Below are positions 44,516 to 54,714 of a stretch of 62,571 nt of DNA, in pieces. Position 1 is the first letter of the stretch; each line of letters opens with the position of its first letter. Source of the DNA: an uncultured Clostridia bacterium (GTDB lineage: Bacteria; Bacillota; Clostridia; Oscillospirales; Acutalibacteraceae); contig CALDPI010000235.1 in assembly GCA_937912045.1 (NCBI GenBank), positions 1 to 62,571 of the forward strand, in the 5' to 3' direction. The notes below the pieces were generated by a model that was not told the DNA's origin, searched no databases, and worked only from the letters and a program-made list of their open reading frames with translations. A program made the position numbers and the translations under genes.

Positions 44516-46132
44516 TTAGATAACATCGGGCTGACGTAGGTCGAGCTCAACCGGTGTAACACCCTTTGCTTCCTTCTTTCCGAAGAGGATATCGCAAAGG
44601 CCTTCGGGGTTGACAACACTCATTGAGAAGGTATTAACAACCGTCTTTGCATATGGGAAGGTGCAGGGGATAAATGGTGAGCCGTGGCAAATCATTATTA
44701 CCGGAATGTCGAGTTTAAAGAGGTATTCGTAAACCTTCTGGAGCATCTTGCCGCAGGGCTGCATATTGAGGCCGCCCCAAACAAAGCCGTAATAGAAGTT
44801 AAGGATGAGCGCATCTGCCTTTGGCAAATCCTCAACGCTGACAATGCCGTTTTCTTCATATTCGCCGTATTTCAAAACCTCAATTCCTCTTGCTCTCAGC
44901 GTATCGTCAAATGTGGTCGGACGCTTGCGCTCGGTATTTGTGAGGTCAACGCTTATAATCCTTTTAATCTTCTTTTCGTCAAGCGGAAGATGTCCTGCCT
45001 CGTTTTTGAAAATCGAGATGGAATTTTCACCTATGCGCTTTGAAGTTTCCGAAAACTTTTCGCGGTCTTCGGTAGAAACGGGCTTATAGGAATACTTTGT
45101 GTCGCCGTCGAACAGGCCAAGGCGCTCCTTCTCCTTATAAATTCTGTAAACCGATTCTTTAACACGCTCGATGGTGATTTCGCCGTCGTTAACAGCCTTT
45201 TCGAGAATGTCAACCGTTTCGGTCATCGACGAGCAGAAGTTTGTGAAGATGAGCATATCGCAGCCGGCCTGAATCGCTCTGACGTATGCTTTATCATAGC
45301 GGACGTAGGGTACGAGGCCGCCCATATTAAAGCCATCCGAAACAACAAGGCCCTTAAAGCCCATTTTTTCGCGGAGGAGTTTTGTTATAACGTTGTAACT
45401 TAAGGTGCAAGGAATGATTCTTCCGTCAGGCTCTGCCGCGGGGAAACAGGCGTGTGTAGGCATTATCGCGCGAACGCCGTTATCGATTGCGCTCTGCCAG
45501 GCCTTGCCGTTGGTTTCCCACCACTGTTCCATAGACTGTGTTTGGAAGGTTGCGTGAATATGGCTGTCACCTGTGCCGTCATTACTCGGGAAGTGTTTGC
45601 CCGTTGCAATCGCGCCGTTTTGCTGAACACCGTTCACAAAGGCGTTAGCCATTCTTGCGGTTGTTTCAGGATTGTTACTCCAAGCGCGTGTGTTGGTTGT
45701 GCTTGCAGCGGACAGGCACATATCATAAACCGGGCCGAAGGTCCAATGAACGCCAACCTCAAAGCCTTCCTTGGCACAGGATTCGCCCGCTGTGTAGGCG
45801 TCCTCCTCCGAGTTAGCGGCAGAGATTACCATTGCGGAGCCGAAGTTCGAGCCGCCGTCATTAATAAACACAGGAGAAGTTTCCATATCGGTGGCGAACA
45901 GAGGATAATTGCCGCAATATTCCTTGAGCTTTTTGGTGAGGTTTGTAATATCCTCCTTTTTTGACGGGAACATATAAAATGCGCCCGGCTTAACGTCGGT
46001 ATCCTTGAAAACATTTTCAAAATACTCGCGCGGGTCGGAATCCTCTTTATATGTAGCGCGGAGTGCAGGACATAAAAGCTGTGCAACAAGGTCACGCGTG
46101 GTCATACCCTCAATATACTTTTCAAACGTCAT
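44516..46132 (-). CDS. Glycoside hydrolase family 3 protein (NagZ/beta-glucosidase-like), cytoplasmic
   Basis: Contains KHFPSNDGTGDSH and GLVVSDGFNMGG (GH3 nucleophile region). No signal peptide. Confidence 0.87.
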   Translation of the reverse strand: MTFEKYIEGMTTRDLVAQLLCPALRATYKEDSDPREYFENVFKDTDVKPGAFYMFPSKKEDITNLTKKLKEYCGNYPLFATDMETSPVFINDGGSNFGSAMVISAANSEEDAYTAGESCAKEGFEVGVHWTFGPVYDMCLSAASTTNTRAWSNNPETTARMANAFVNGVQQNGAIATGKHFPSNDGTGDSHIHATFQTQSMEQWWETNGKAWQSAIDNGVRAIMPTHACFPAAEPDGRIIPCTLSYNVITKLLREKMGFKGLVVSDGFNMGGLVPYVRYDKAYVRAIQAGCDMLIFTNFCSSMTETVDILEKAVNDGEITIERVKESVYRIYKEKERLGLFDGDTKYSYKPVSTEDREKFSETSKRIGENSISIFKNEAGHLPLDEKKIKRIISVDLTNTERKRPTTFDDTLRARGIEVLKYGEYEENGIVSVEDLPKADALILNFYYGFVWGGLNMQPCGKMLQKVYEYLFKLDIPVIMICHGSPFIPCTFPYAKTVVNTFSMSVVNPEGLCDILFGKKEAKGVTPVELDLRQPDVI

Positions 46133-46245
46133 AAAAACCTCTCCTTTTTATTTGTTTAATATGCTTGAAGACAAGTACATAATACACTTTTTTGATGCAA
46201 AAGTACTCTCATTTTTAACTTTTTTTATCTCAATTAATACTGTTT

Positions 46246-47118
46246 TTACATCGTCCACGAGCTGTGCTTTGCGCGGAGCTTTGCAGGGGTTATGCCGTAT
46301 TCCCTTTTGAATATCTTCTGAAAATGGCTGAAGCTGGCATAGCCGACATCCTCTGAAATCTGCTCGATGCTTTTCGTGGTAAGCACCAGTTCCTTATGCG
46401 CCGCTTCAAGTCGAAGCCGCAGCACATACTCGTGCAGCGACATTGACAGATGCTCCTGCATTAGTCTTGACAGGCGGCTTTGACTATAATTCGAAATGCG
46501 CATCAGCGCGGAAACGCCCTCTTTGACGTTTTCGGGCCTTCGCATTTCCTTCAGCGTTTCGGCAAGCCATAGCGGCATTGACGCGGTTTCGGTCTTGGCG
46601 ATGTCAACATACGCTTTTACAAGGTAGCTTAAAAGCAGACGATAGTCCTGCTCTGCTGTTAGCGCCTCGGCATTTTGAAACATTGAATAAAAGCGCGCTG
46701 AAAATTCGGGACTTTTAAAAATAATCGGTTCGGTGGCTTTGCGCTCCTTATCAAGTGACAAATCAAACACGTAGCACATTTTTTCAAACTCTTCACGTTT
46801 GACCGAAAGGCAAAGCGCAGTAACGTCGGGAGACTGACTTATCGAGTCGTGAAAGTCACCCGGCTTTAAGAGAAGAACCTCGTCCTTTTCGAGCTTATAA
46901 AGTTTGTTATTCACGTTGTGAACGTTATTACCCTTTAGTATGACGAGCCACTCATAAAAGTCGTGCGTGTGCCACACAGCGCTGAGTCTGCGGTGCTTTT
47001 CCCCCTGGAGATACTGAAAGATGTAGTTGCTGTTTTCGCTGATTTCATCAAACCGCAAAGTGCGTCCGGTATCTGTTTTGTCCACACACACCACCACCGT
47101 TTCAAACTTCGGCTTCAT
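46246..47118 (-). CDS. AraC family transcriptional regulator
   Basis: Cupin-like N-terminus and a C-terminal HTH (ISEDVGYASFSHFQKIFKREYGITPAKLR). Confidence 0.9.
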   Translation of the reverse strand: MKPKFETVVVCVDKTDTGRTLRFDEISENSNYIFQYLQGEKHRRLSAVWHTHDFYEWLVILKGNNVHNVNNKLYKLEKDEVLLLKPGDFHDSISQSPDVTALCLSVKREEFEKMCYVFDLSLDKERKATEPIIFKSPEFSARFYSMFQNAEALTAEQDYRLLLSYLVKAYVDIAKTETASMPLWLAETLKEMRRPENVKEGVSALMRISNYSQSRLSRLMQEHLSMSLHEYVLRLRLEAAHKELVLTTKSIEQISEDVGYASFSHFQKIFKREYGITPAKLRAKHSSWTM

Positions 47119-47260
47119 TTTAGCACAGCGTCTTTACTTTTACAACCCTGCAACGAAAAATCGCATAAATATAATCAAAAAATGCCTATTTTGAGGTATA
47201 AAATCGTGGTATTTTTAGTTTCAAGGTAAAAAAACCGCATAAATTGGGAGGTGATGCCTT

Positions 47261-48106
47261 TTGGATTATCTGCTTTTAACAGCATCCATTCTTTTGGCAA
47301 CCGGCTGCAACCTTACGTATCACAAGCTGGGCGGCGGAGAGCGGTATAACCCCTATCTTTTTTCGGCCGTTTCCTCTTTTGTGTGGCTTGCTGTTCTGGC
47401 ACCGAGCGGCATAAAAAATTTGCAATCATCAGAGGTGCTTTGGGGCATTGCCTATGGCACTGTGCAGGCGCTTTTCTTATTCTTTAAAATGCGCGCGATG
47501 AGCACCGGTCCGGTGTCCATCACGACGGTTGTGGGCAACTGTTCTATGCTGCTTTCCACACTCTTTGGAATTCTATGCTTTAGAGAAAGCGTCAGCATTT
47601 TTCAGATTTTCGGTGTTGTAGGCATACTCGCTTCGGTTTTGCTCTGCCTGGACACAAAGGCTGATATGAAAACAACGGCAAAATGGAAGCTTTTCTGCAC
47701 AGGCTTCTTCCTCTTTGCCGCAGGGGTGGGCATAATTTTCAAGCTTTTTTCTGCCACGGACGGCTTTGCAGGCAATATGCTGATAATATCGGCCGTCACA
47801 ATGGTGATACTTATGACGCTTTTGTCCTTTTTTGCAACAAAGGGTCACATGCGCCTTGAAAAAAAGCATACGCTTTACGCACTCGCCGCAGGACTTATGA
47901 GTCTTGGCTATAACCGACTCAACCTATATTTATCGGGCGCGCTACCATCGGTTGTGTTCTTCCCCATTTTTAACGGAGCGATTGTGCTGCTTGCGGCAAG
48001 CTTTGGCGTGTTCCTTTTCAAAGAGCGGCTTTCAAAAAAGCAAATTTTTGGAATACTGCTTGGCCTTTTTGCAATAATTTTGCTCAGCGGAGTATTTAAA
48101 ATATAA
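47261..48106 (+). CDS. DMT-superfamily sugar porter (GRP/GlcU-like)
   Basis: TTG start 10 nt after GGGAGG. About 10 TM and 281 aa. The N-terminal YHKLGGG resembles the GlcU-type KLGGG motif. Confidence 0.65.
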   Translation: MDYLLLTASILLATGCNLTYHKLGGGERYNPYLFSAVSSFVWLAVLAPSGIKNLQSSEVLWGIAYGTVQALFLFFKMRAMSTGPVSITTVVGNCSMLLSTLFGILCFRESVSIFQIFGVVGILASVLLCLDTKADMKTTAKWKLFCTGFFLFAAGVGIIFKLFSATDGFAGNMLIISAVTMVILMTLLSFFATKGHMRLEKKHTLYALAAGLMSLGYNRLNLYLSGALPSVVFFPIFNGAIVLLAASFGVFLFKERLSKKQIFGILLGLFAIILLSGVFKI

Positions 48107-48117
48107 GGAGAATTATT

Positions 48118-49749
48118 ATGATAGAATTTGAACACAAGCTGCCCTCAATGAATATAGACGGCAGGCAAAACGGCACTTATAACAATCACGAACTCGGTTT
48201 CCCCTCTGTGCTTACGACGCTTGATGCCCGCTTGGGTCTGTTTATCAAAGCGCTCAGAAACAGTATTCTATCCGAGCGTTCACTCGTTTTTATCGACGGA
48301 CGGGTGCTGCTTTGTGACAAAAACTGGATACGTGACCACGTGCACATCACCAAGGCTATGCGCCACTGGGAGCACGATTTCGGCAAGTTTATTGATTTCA
48401 TAATCGACACACAGCGCGAGGATGGCCAGTTTTATGAGCTTATAAAGCAATATGACGATTACCACTGGAGAATGGTCAACGAGGACTGCTACGTTATGTA
48501 TCCCGACGATAACCTCGCCCTTGTGCGACTTGAGCTGGAGGCCGACGTTGAATATCTCGTTGTGGAGGGTGCAATGTATCAATACCGCACCACAGGCGAC
48601 AACGAATGGCTCTGCCGCGTTCTGCCGCGGCTTGAAAAAAGCATTGAATATATGCTAAGCGATGATAAGCGTTTTGATGCCGAGCACGGTCTTGTCAAGC
48701 GCCCCTTCACCATCGACACCTGGGACTTCACCTACGACCCGACAAACAACGCAAAAAGCGCGGAAGACCGCCGTATAAACCCCGACACGCCAATGTCGAT
48801 TATGCACGGCGATAATTCGGGCGTGTATCAGGCAATGCTGCAGCTTGCGTGGTTTAACCGCCGACTCGGCCGCGAGGAAAAGGCAACCGAGTGGGAAAGC
48901 AAGGCCGCGGTTTTAAGAGAAAATATGTTCAAGCACCTTTGGAACGGCAACTTCTTTATCCACCAGCTGCACTTAGGTCACGACGGTGCCGACAACCTTG
49001 AAAACGTGCGTCTCTCCCTTTCCAACACCTATGACATCAACCGCGGCGTGACCGACACAGAGCAGTCACGTAAAATCATTGAAGAATATATGCGCCGCCG
49101 AAAAACAACCGATTTGTTTGCCGAATGGTTTACGGTTGACCCGCCCTATGAAAACTTTATTGGCTACACCGCAGGCGAATACGTAAACGGTGCCGTTTCA
49201 CCCTTTACGGCAGGCGAGCTTGCAAAGGCGGCATTTCAAAACGGCTATGAGGAATACGGCTATGATATCATAAAGCGGTTTATGGAGCTTGTAGAGCGCG
49301 ACGGCACGTCCTATTTCCTTTACTTCCCCGATTCCGCTCCGCAGGCCGACAGGGGACCGAGCGCGTGGGGCGCTGCCGCACTCATAAGCGCGATTGACGA
49401 GGGGCTCGCAGGTATTGAGGACATCGGCGTGTGCTATGATGAGATTAAGTTCTCTCCCCGTTTCCCCGTCACCGAATACAAAGAGCTTCGTTATCTGACG
49501 GGATATGAGTGCACCGAAACGACGGTTGATTTGCGTTATATTTTAAAGGAAGACGGCATGCGCTACGACCTTTATTCGCCCAAAAGCACCATACACGCAC
49601 ATATTTTGTTGCCCAAGGGCAAAGACGTAAGCGCACTCTACGTGGACGGAGAAAAGCGTGAGTTTTCTGTCTCTTGCGTTGGAGACAGCCGCTATGTTGA
49701 CCTGCTCGTTGAAAGCGACGGTCTTATAAGCTTCCAAATCATTTTCTGA
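48118..49749 (+). CDS. Putative (alpha/alpha)6 six-hairpin glycosidase-like protein, family uncertain
   Basis: 543 aa and cytoplasmic. The helical-repeat pattern with acidic residues (EADVEYLVVEGAMYQYRTTGDNEWL, FTIDTWDF) suggests the fold. I could not assign a family by eye. Confidence 0.5.
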   Translation: MIEFEHKLPSMNIDGRQNGTYNNHELGFPSVLTTLDARLGLFIKALRNSILSERSLVFIDGRVLLCDKNWIRDHVHITKAMRHWEHDFGKFIDFIIDTQREDGQFYELIKQYDDYHWRMVNEDCYVMYPDDNLALVRLELEADVEYLVVEGAMYQYRTTGDNEWLCRVLPRLEKSIEYMLSDDKRFDAEHGLVKRPFTIDTWDFTYDPTNNAKSAEDRRINPDTPMSIMHGDNSGVYQAMLQLAWFNRRLGREEKATEWESKAAVLRENMFKHLWNGNFFIHQLHLGHDGADNLENVRLSLSNTYDINRGVTDTEQSRKIIEEYMRRRKTTDLFAEWFTVDPPYENFIGYTAGEYVNGAVSPFTAGELAKAAFQNGYEEYGYDIIKRFMELVERDGTSYFLYFPDSAPQADRGPSAWGAAALISAIDEGLAGIEDIGVCYDEIKFSPRFPVTEYKELRYLTGYECTETTVDLRYILKEDGMRYDLYSPKSTIHAHILLPKGKDVSALYVDGEKREFSVSCVGDSRYVDLLVESDGLISFQIIF

Positions 49750-49754
49750 TAAAA

Positions 49755-49779
49755 AGGGGCACTCTGTGCTCCTTTTTTT
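49755..49779 (+). terminator. Rho-independent terminator
   Basis: aggggcac-tct-gtgctcct (one G-U pair) followed by TTTTTTT. Confidence 0.7.
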
Positions 49780-49780
49780 A

Positions 49781-49809
49781 TTGCCAAAGTATGAGGTTTA
49801 TGTTAAAAT
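49781..49809 (+). promoter_or_regulatory. Sigma-A type promoter
   Basis: TTGCCA (49781-49786), 17-nt spacer, TAAAAT (49804-49809). Confidence 0.55.
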
Positions 49810-49838
49810 CAAAATATAAACAAGAAAGGATGTGCGTT

Positions 49839-50561
49839 ATGATAAAATACGAAATCGAGGGCGGAAATTTGCCCGTTGTTATCTGCTATCCCGAGGCTTA
49901 TGAAACACTTTGCACCCAAAGCGGCGCTATGAGCTGGATGAGCCCGAATATGCAGATGGACACAAACACAGGCGGCGGAATTAAAAAGGTTTTTGGCCGT
50001 CTGCTCTCGGGAGAATCGCTTTTTATAAACGAATATACCGCCGTGGGCGGCTCGGGAATGATTGCCTTTGCATCCAGCTTTCCGGGCTCGATTATCCCGT
50101 ATGAAGTCAGCGCCGGCAACGGCATTATCGTGCAGAAGCGCGCCTTTCTTGCTATGGAAAAGGGGCTTGACCTTTCGCTCTTTTTCCACAAAAGGCTTGG
50201 CCGCGGACTTTTCGGCGGCGAGGGCTTTATTATGCAGAAAATAAGCGGTGAGGGACTGGTCTTTTTGGAGATTGACGGTCACTGCAAGGAGTATGACCTC
50301 AACGTTGGCGAGACGATTATTGTCGATACGGGCTATCTCGCCGCAATGAGTGAAACCTGCACAATGGACATACAGGCAGTGCCCGGCGCTAAGAATATGT
50401 TCCTCGGCGGTGAGGGACTTTTCCACACACGCATCACAGGACCCGGAAAGGTTTACATTCAGTCGATGCCGCTTTCTAACACCGCGGCAGCGCTTTCACC
50501 CTATCTGCAGATACATAATAGCGACGGCGGCGACGGAATTAATATCCGCCTCGGAAACTAA
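49839..50561 (+). CDS. TIGR00266/AIM24 (DUF124) family protein
   Basis: ATG at 49839. MIKYEIEGGNLPVVICYPEAYETLCTQSGAMSWMSPNMQMDTNTGGG matches the characteristic N-terminus of the family. Confidence 0.82.
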   Translation: MIKYEIEGGNLPVVICYPEAYETLCTQSGAMSWMSPNMQMDTNTGGGIKKVFGRLLSGESLFINEYTAVGGSGMIAFASSFPGSIIPYEVSAGNGIIVQKRAFLAMEKGLDLSLFFHKRLGRGLFGGEGFIMQKISGEGLVFLEIDGHCKEYDLNVGETIIVDTGYLAAMSETCTMDIQAVPGAKNMFLGGEGLFHTRITGPGKVYIQSMPLSNTAAALSPYLQIHNSDGGDGINIRLGN

Positions 50562-50564
50562 AAA

Positions 50565-50591
50565 GAAAACCCCGACTGAGTCGGGGTTTTC
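50565..50591. terminator. Bidirectional terminator
   Basis: gaaaaccccga-ctgag-tcggggttttc. Confidence 0.8.
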
Positions 50592-50593
50592 TT

Positions 50594-51265
50594 TTATCTT
50601 GTGAAATCAAAATCACATTTTTTGAGAAATGCTTTGGCAAGAATGTGCGCACCGAGGAAGTTCGGATGAATTCTGTCCCACGCAATATATGCCGAATGGT
50701 AGTGCTGCAAAAATTCGTCAAACGCGGCCTGAAAATCAACGAGTATACAACCGTGTTTTTTGGCAACCTTTTTACAAATTGCACCGTACTCGTCCATACG
50801 CTTGCGCATAGCATCCTCTTTGCAGGGCTCCATCATAAACGGAGTGGCAATGAAAATGCCCTTTACGTTTAAGTTTTCCTGAATTCTTTTAATCATTTCC
50901 TCAAGGTTTGCCTCATATTCATCGGGCAAAACGTGTCTATCGGGCATAACGGGATTGTCAAACTGACGCCAGACGTCGTTAATACCAAGGCAGATTGAAA
51001 CCCAGTCCGGCTTGTATTCCACGGGGGCAGGATTTAAAACGTCGCTATTAAAATTTGCAAGGTATGAGCGCGTTGTGGCACCTGAATGTCCCGCGTTGGA
51101 AAGACGAAGCTTAAGCTCGGGGTAGCTTGCGCTCAAGAAACAATGCATAATATTAACATAGCTCGTGGAGCCAAGACCGTTTCCCTCACCTATCGGCTGA
51201 TTACTGCCCATATCGGTTACAGAGTCGCCTGCGAATAAAATTCTGTCGCCTTTTTCAAAAATCAT
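50594..51265 (-). CDS. SGNH/GDSL hydrolase
   Basis: Contains FAGDSVTD, GHSGAT, GINDV and DRIHPN blocks. Confidence 0.85.
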   Translation of the reverse strand: MIFEKGDRILFAGDSVTDMGSNQPIGEGNGLGSTSYVNIMHCFLSASYPELKLRLSNAGHSGATTRSYLANFNSDVLNPAPVEYKPDWVSICLGINDVWRQFDNPVMPDRHVLPDEYEANLEEMIKRIQENLNVKGIFIATPFMMEPCKEDAMRKRMDEYGAICKKVAKKHGCILVDFQAAFDEFLQHYHSAYIAWDRIHPNFLGAHILAKAFLKKCDFDFTR

Positions 51266-51274
51266 AAAATCACC

Positions 51275-53596
51275 TTAAAATCCTTGTATTTCTAAAAGGT
51301 CGCCGCGTTTTAACCAGTTTACAACATCTGTAAAATCGTAAGGCGCGGGACCGCTTATGTAATGGTTTTTACATGTTTTTCCGTCGACCGTCCACTCTAT
51401 AAAATAGAAATGGTTTTTATCGTCGGGTTTAATTGTGTCAAGTTCTTTTGCGCTATTTCGGTCTACTATGAATTCGCCCTCAAGTATAAAACTGTCATCC
51501 GTAAAATCGGTAACCTTATATTTAACAGTTTTGGGCACAAGATATTCGTTTGCGGCTATGAGTGTGAGCGCGTCCGGTTTATCCTCACTGACCATAATGC
51601 AAACGGGCTCTTGAATGCGCTTTATGGTGTGGTATGCCAGCTTTTTGCAGTAATAATAGTCAACAACCGAATCGGAGAACTGCGGCCAGCCGTCAACCAA
51701 ATTCCACCAAATGAGGCCTGTTCTTCTCCACTTTGCCGTGCGGAAACGCTCGATAAAGAATTTCTTTGCCTCGCTCTGCGAAATCTGACTGGCCAGTGCG
51801 AAATCTTCAAGTGTTTCGGGTTTGAAACCGAAAAGCACCTCAATCTGTGACGCCATAAGCGGATTGCGGAAGGAATATTCCACGCCCTCGCCAAGCTCCA
51901 TACAGGTGGCGTGAACCTGCCAGTCATCGTTATTCTGCCAGGGCCAAAGTTTGTCTTCGGGTATAAACTTTCTTATAGATTCGGGCGACGGGCAGCCGTG
52001 ATAACCCGTTTCACTTGCAAAGTATGCAGGGGAAGTTGTGTAAAACTCGCCCTTATAATAATCGCGCGGACCCCAAAGGTGAGCCTCGGGCAGACTGTTT
52101 TCGGTCGACTCCATATACGTGTGCTCTGAAACGTACGGCGAGCTTGCAAGGAAGTTTCTCGACGGGTCAAAATCTGCCACAACACGCGGCAATACCTCAC
52201 GCGTTAATTTGTTGAGCGCAGGGTTGCGTTTAACCTTTGTCCACTGGCACGCCGCAACGTCGCACTCGTTATCACCGGCCCAAAGCGCAATGGACGGGTG
52301 CATACGCAGTTTTTTAACAACGGCAATCGCCTCGGTTCTCAGCATTTCACAGGCGCGGTCGTTTTGCGGATACGCGGCACAGCCCATTGCAAAATCCTGC
52401 CAAACAAATATTCCGTGCGAATCACAGAAATCAAAAAACTCGTGGTCTTCATAAACGTTGCCGCCCCAGCAGCGCACCATATTGCAGTTGATATCATAAA
52501 GCATTTCGAGTGCCTTGGGCAGACGCTCCTTATCGCGCGAATGGAAGGCGTCCATCGGCACCCAGTTTGTGCCGCGGGCGAAGAATTTTTCGCCGTTGAC
52601 CATAAAGCAGAACTCGCCCTTGCCGTTTTGGTCAAGAATTTCGGTGCGGTTGAGCCTTACGGTACGAATGCCCACTTTAAGCTTTTTACTGTCAACAATT
52701 TCGCCATCCTTTTTAAGCACGGCCACAACGTCGTACATTGCCTGCTGTCCCATATCACGCGGCCACCACAGAACAGGGTTTTCCACTGTGAATATAATCT
52801 TTCCCTGTGTGTGCCAGAGTGCGTTTTGCGACCACAAAAACTCGCTGTCGCCACATTTTCCGCTGATTTCAAGCGAATAATCGGTGCTGTAATCGCCCGA
52901 TACGGTCGTGCTGTAGATGCCGTGCATATAAGCAACGCCGTCCTCAATTTCGGCGGTGTATATGTAAATATCGTCAATTCGGTCGGTCTTTACACCCTCA
53001 AGATAAACGTCGCGCCAGAGACCGCCCGATACCATTCGCGGCATAATGTCCCAGCCGAACATATGAGAGGCTTTTCTGAGGTTGAGAGAGCCTGCGTTGT
53101 ATGGCAGGTGGGTTATAACGTCGGCATCGAATGTGTATTTCCTTGCCTCGATTACTGCAGGCTTTATGTGCACGAGCAGCTCGTTTTTGCCACGCTTCAG
53201 CAGCTGCTTTTTGAGCAGGATTTTGTGCTCTATAAACATATTTTCAGGAGAGCCCACAAGCGTGCCGTTAACGTAAACGTCGGCTACGGTGTCAACCCCG
53301 CAAAGCACGAGAGAGACGTCCTCTGCCGCCTTTAGCGAAAACTCGCGCACGTACCACAGGTGTCTGTTCTCCAGCTTTTGAACCTTAAGCGGATTTTGTG
53401 AATAAAACGGGTCGTCGATAAGTCCTGCCCTGAACATATCCAGTTCAAAATTGCCGGGCACCACCGCACTGATGGAAAAAAGCCCTTTTTTCTTTAAAGC
53501 CTTTTCGGTATTAACGCTGTCGGCATACTGCACGCAGTCCTTATTCTCTGCTATGTAAAGTCGCCATTCGCCGTTTAATAAAGTTTTATCTATCAT
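51275..53596 (-). CDS. Glycoside hydrolase family 2 protein (beta-mannosidase-like)
   Basis: LNGEWRL start. Contains RCWGGNVYE and VWQDFAMGCAAYP (the GH2 beta-mannosidase-type WQDFMF motif). No signal peptide. Confidence 0.82.
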   Translation of the reverse strand: MIDKTLLNGEWRLYIAENKDCVQYADSVNTEKALKKKGLFSISAVVPGNFELDMFRAGLIDDPFYSQNPLKVQKLENRHLWYVREFSLKAAEDVSLVLCGVDTVADVYVNGTLVGSPENMFIEHKILLKKQLLKRGKNELLVHIKPAVIEARKYTFDADVITHLPYNAGSLNLRKASHMFGWDIMPRMVSGGLWRDVYLEGVKTDRIDDIYIYTAEIEDGVAYMHGIYSTTVSGDYSTDYSLEISGKCGDSEFLWSQNALWHTQGKIIFTVENPVLWWPRDMGQQAMYDVVAVLKKDGEIVDSKKLKVGIRTVRLNRTEILDQNGKGEFCFMVNGEKFFARGTNWVPMDAFHSRDKERLPKALEMLYDINCNMVRCWGGNVYEDHEFFDFCDSHGIFVWQDFAMGCAAYPQNDRACEMLRTEAIAVVKKLRMHPSIALWAGDNECDVAACQWTKVKRNPALNKLTREVLPRVVADFDPSRNFLASSPYVSEHTYMESTENSLPEAHLWGPRDYYKGEFYTTSPAYFASETGYHGCPSPESIRKFIPEDKLWPWQNNDDWQVHATCMELGEGVEYSFRNPLMASQIEVLFGFKPETLEDFALASQISQSEAKKFFIERFRTAKWRRTGLIWWNLVDGWPQFSDSVVDYYYCKKLAYHTIKRIQEPVCIMVSEDKPDALTLIAANEYLVPKTVKYKVTDFTDDSFILEGEFIVDRNSAKELDTIKPDDKNHFYFIEWTVDGKTCKNHYISGPAPYDFTDVVNWLKRGDLLEIQGF

Positions 53597-53679
53597 TTAA
53601 ACACATCCTTTTGGGTGTCACCGTCTTTATTTTAATATATATTAACTCCAAAATCTATACCATTTTAAATTATTTTATA

Positions 53680-54600
53680 TCAAATTTCCTCTTTTTTGTC
53701 GCTGGTGAGATTTTCAGGTCTTTCGTTCCTTATAAATTCTATAAAATCTCTCATCACGGGCGATACCCAGCGCCTTTTATGACAAATGAGCTGGCTGTAA
53801 TACGGCTGCTCCTCTGCGGCAACGTCGAGCTTTTTAAGCCGCCCCGTCTTTAGCTCGTTTGTTACGCAATATTCGGGCAGAAAGGCAAGCCCCATTCCCT
53901 TTTCAGCGAGGGAAGCAATGACGAACACGTTGTCAATCTCCACAACGTCCTTAACCACTGTGCCGTGCTCTGCCGCAAGCGTACGCAGACGCTTGTTACA
54001 GGTGCCCTCACGCTCGGTCACCAGAAAATCATACTCCATAAGCTCGCGCAAGGGTATATTCTCGCGCAGGGCGAGCGGATGCTCTTCACCGCAAACAAAA
54101 ATCAGGCTTTCCTTTCGGACGTAATGCGAGCAAAAAGCAGGCTCTGTATTGAGCGGCACAGAGGCATACACAATGTCTAAGCGGTTCTGCTTAAGGTCTT
54201 CAAACAAATCGTCCACCCTGTGCCCCGTTTTTATGTTGAGAGATACGTCGGGATGCTCGCTTTTGAAAAGCGGCAAAAGGTCGGTTATGACCGAAAACAA
54301 AAGCGACTCCGACACGCCGATGCGCAGCCTTCCGCGGCGGGTGTGCACGCCCGTGCCGATTGCCTCGGCCTCATCCATCATATTGAGCATTTCATACGCA
54401 AGCGATAAAAACTCCTTGCCTGCCGCCGTGAGCGATATGCTGCGGCCAATGCGGTCGAAAAGCGGGAAGGAAAGCTCCTTTTCCAGCTGCTTTATCTGCA
54501 TTGTAACGGTGGATTGCACGTAATTGAGTTCCTCTGCCGCTTTGGTAAAGCTTCTGCACTCTGCCACCTTTATGAAGGTTTTCAGATACTTAATATCCAT
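53680..54600 (-). CDS. LysR family transcriptional regulator
   Basis: The N-terminal HTH FIKVAECRSFTKAAEELNYVQSTVTMQIKQLE is typical of LysR. 306 aa. Confidence 0.92.
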   Translation of the reverse strand: MDIKYLKTFIKVAECRSFTKAAEELNYVQSTVTMQIKQLEKELSFPLFDRIGRSISLTAAGKEFLSLAYEMLNMMDEAEAIGTGVHTRRGRLRIGVSESLLFSVITDLLPLFKSEHPDVSLNIKTGHRVDDLFEDLKQNRLDIVYASVPLNTEPAFCSHYVRKESLIFVCGEEHPLALRENIPLRELMEYDFLVTEREGTCNKRLRTLAAEHGTVVKDVVEIDNVFVIASLAEKGMGLAFLPEYCVTNELKTGRLKKLDVAAEEQPYYSQLICHKRRWVSPVMRDFIEFIRNERPENLTSDKKEEI

Positions 54601-54714
54601 TCCGTTCTCCTATTATCAAAAGTTTTAATAGTTAGTATTTAAAACATTCGTTTTTCAAATTTATGGTAACACATTATACTGTTTTTGTAAATAATTTTAA
54701 TGGGGATTTTTTGA

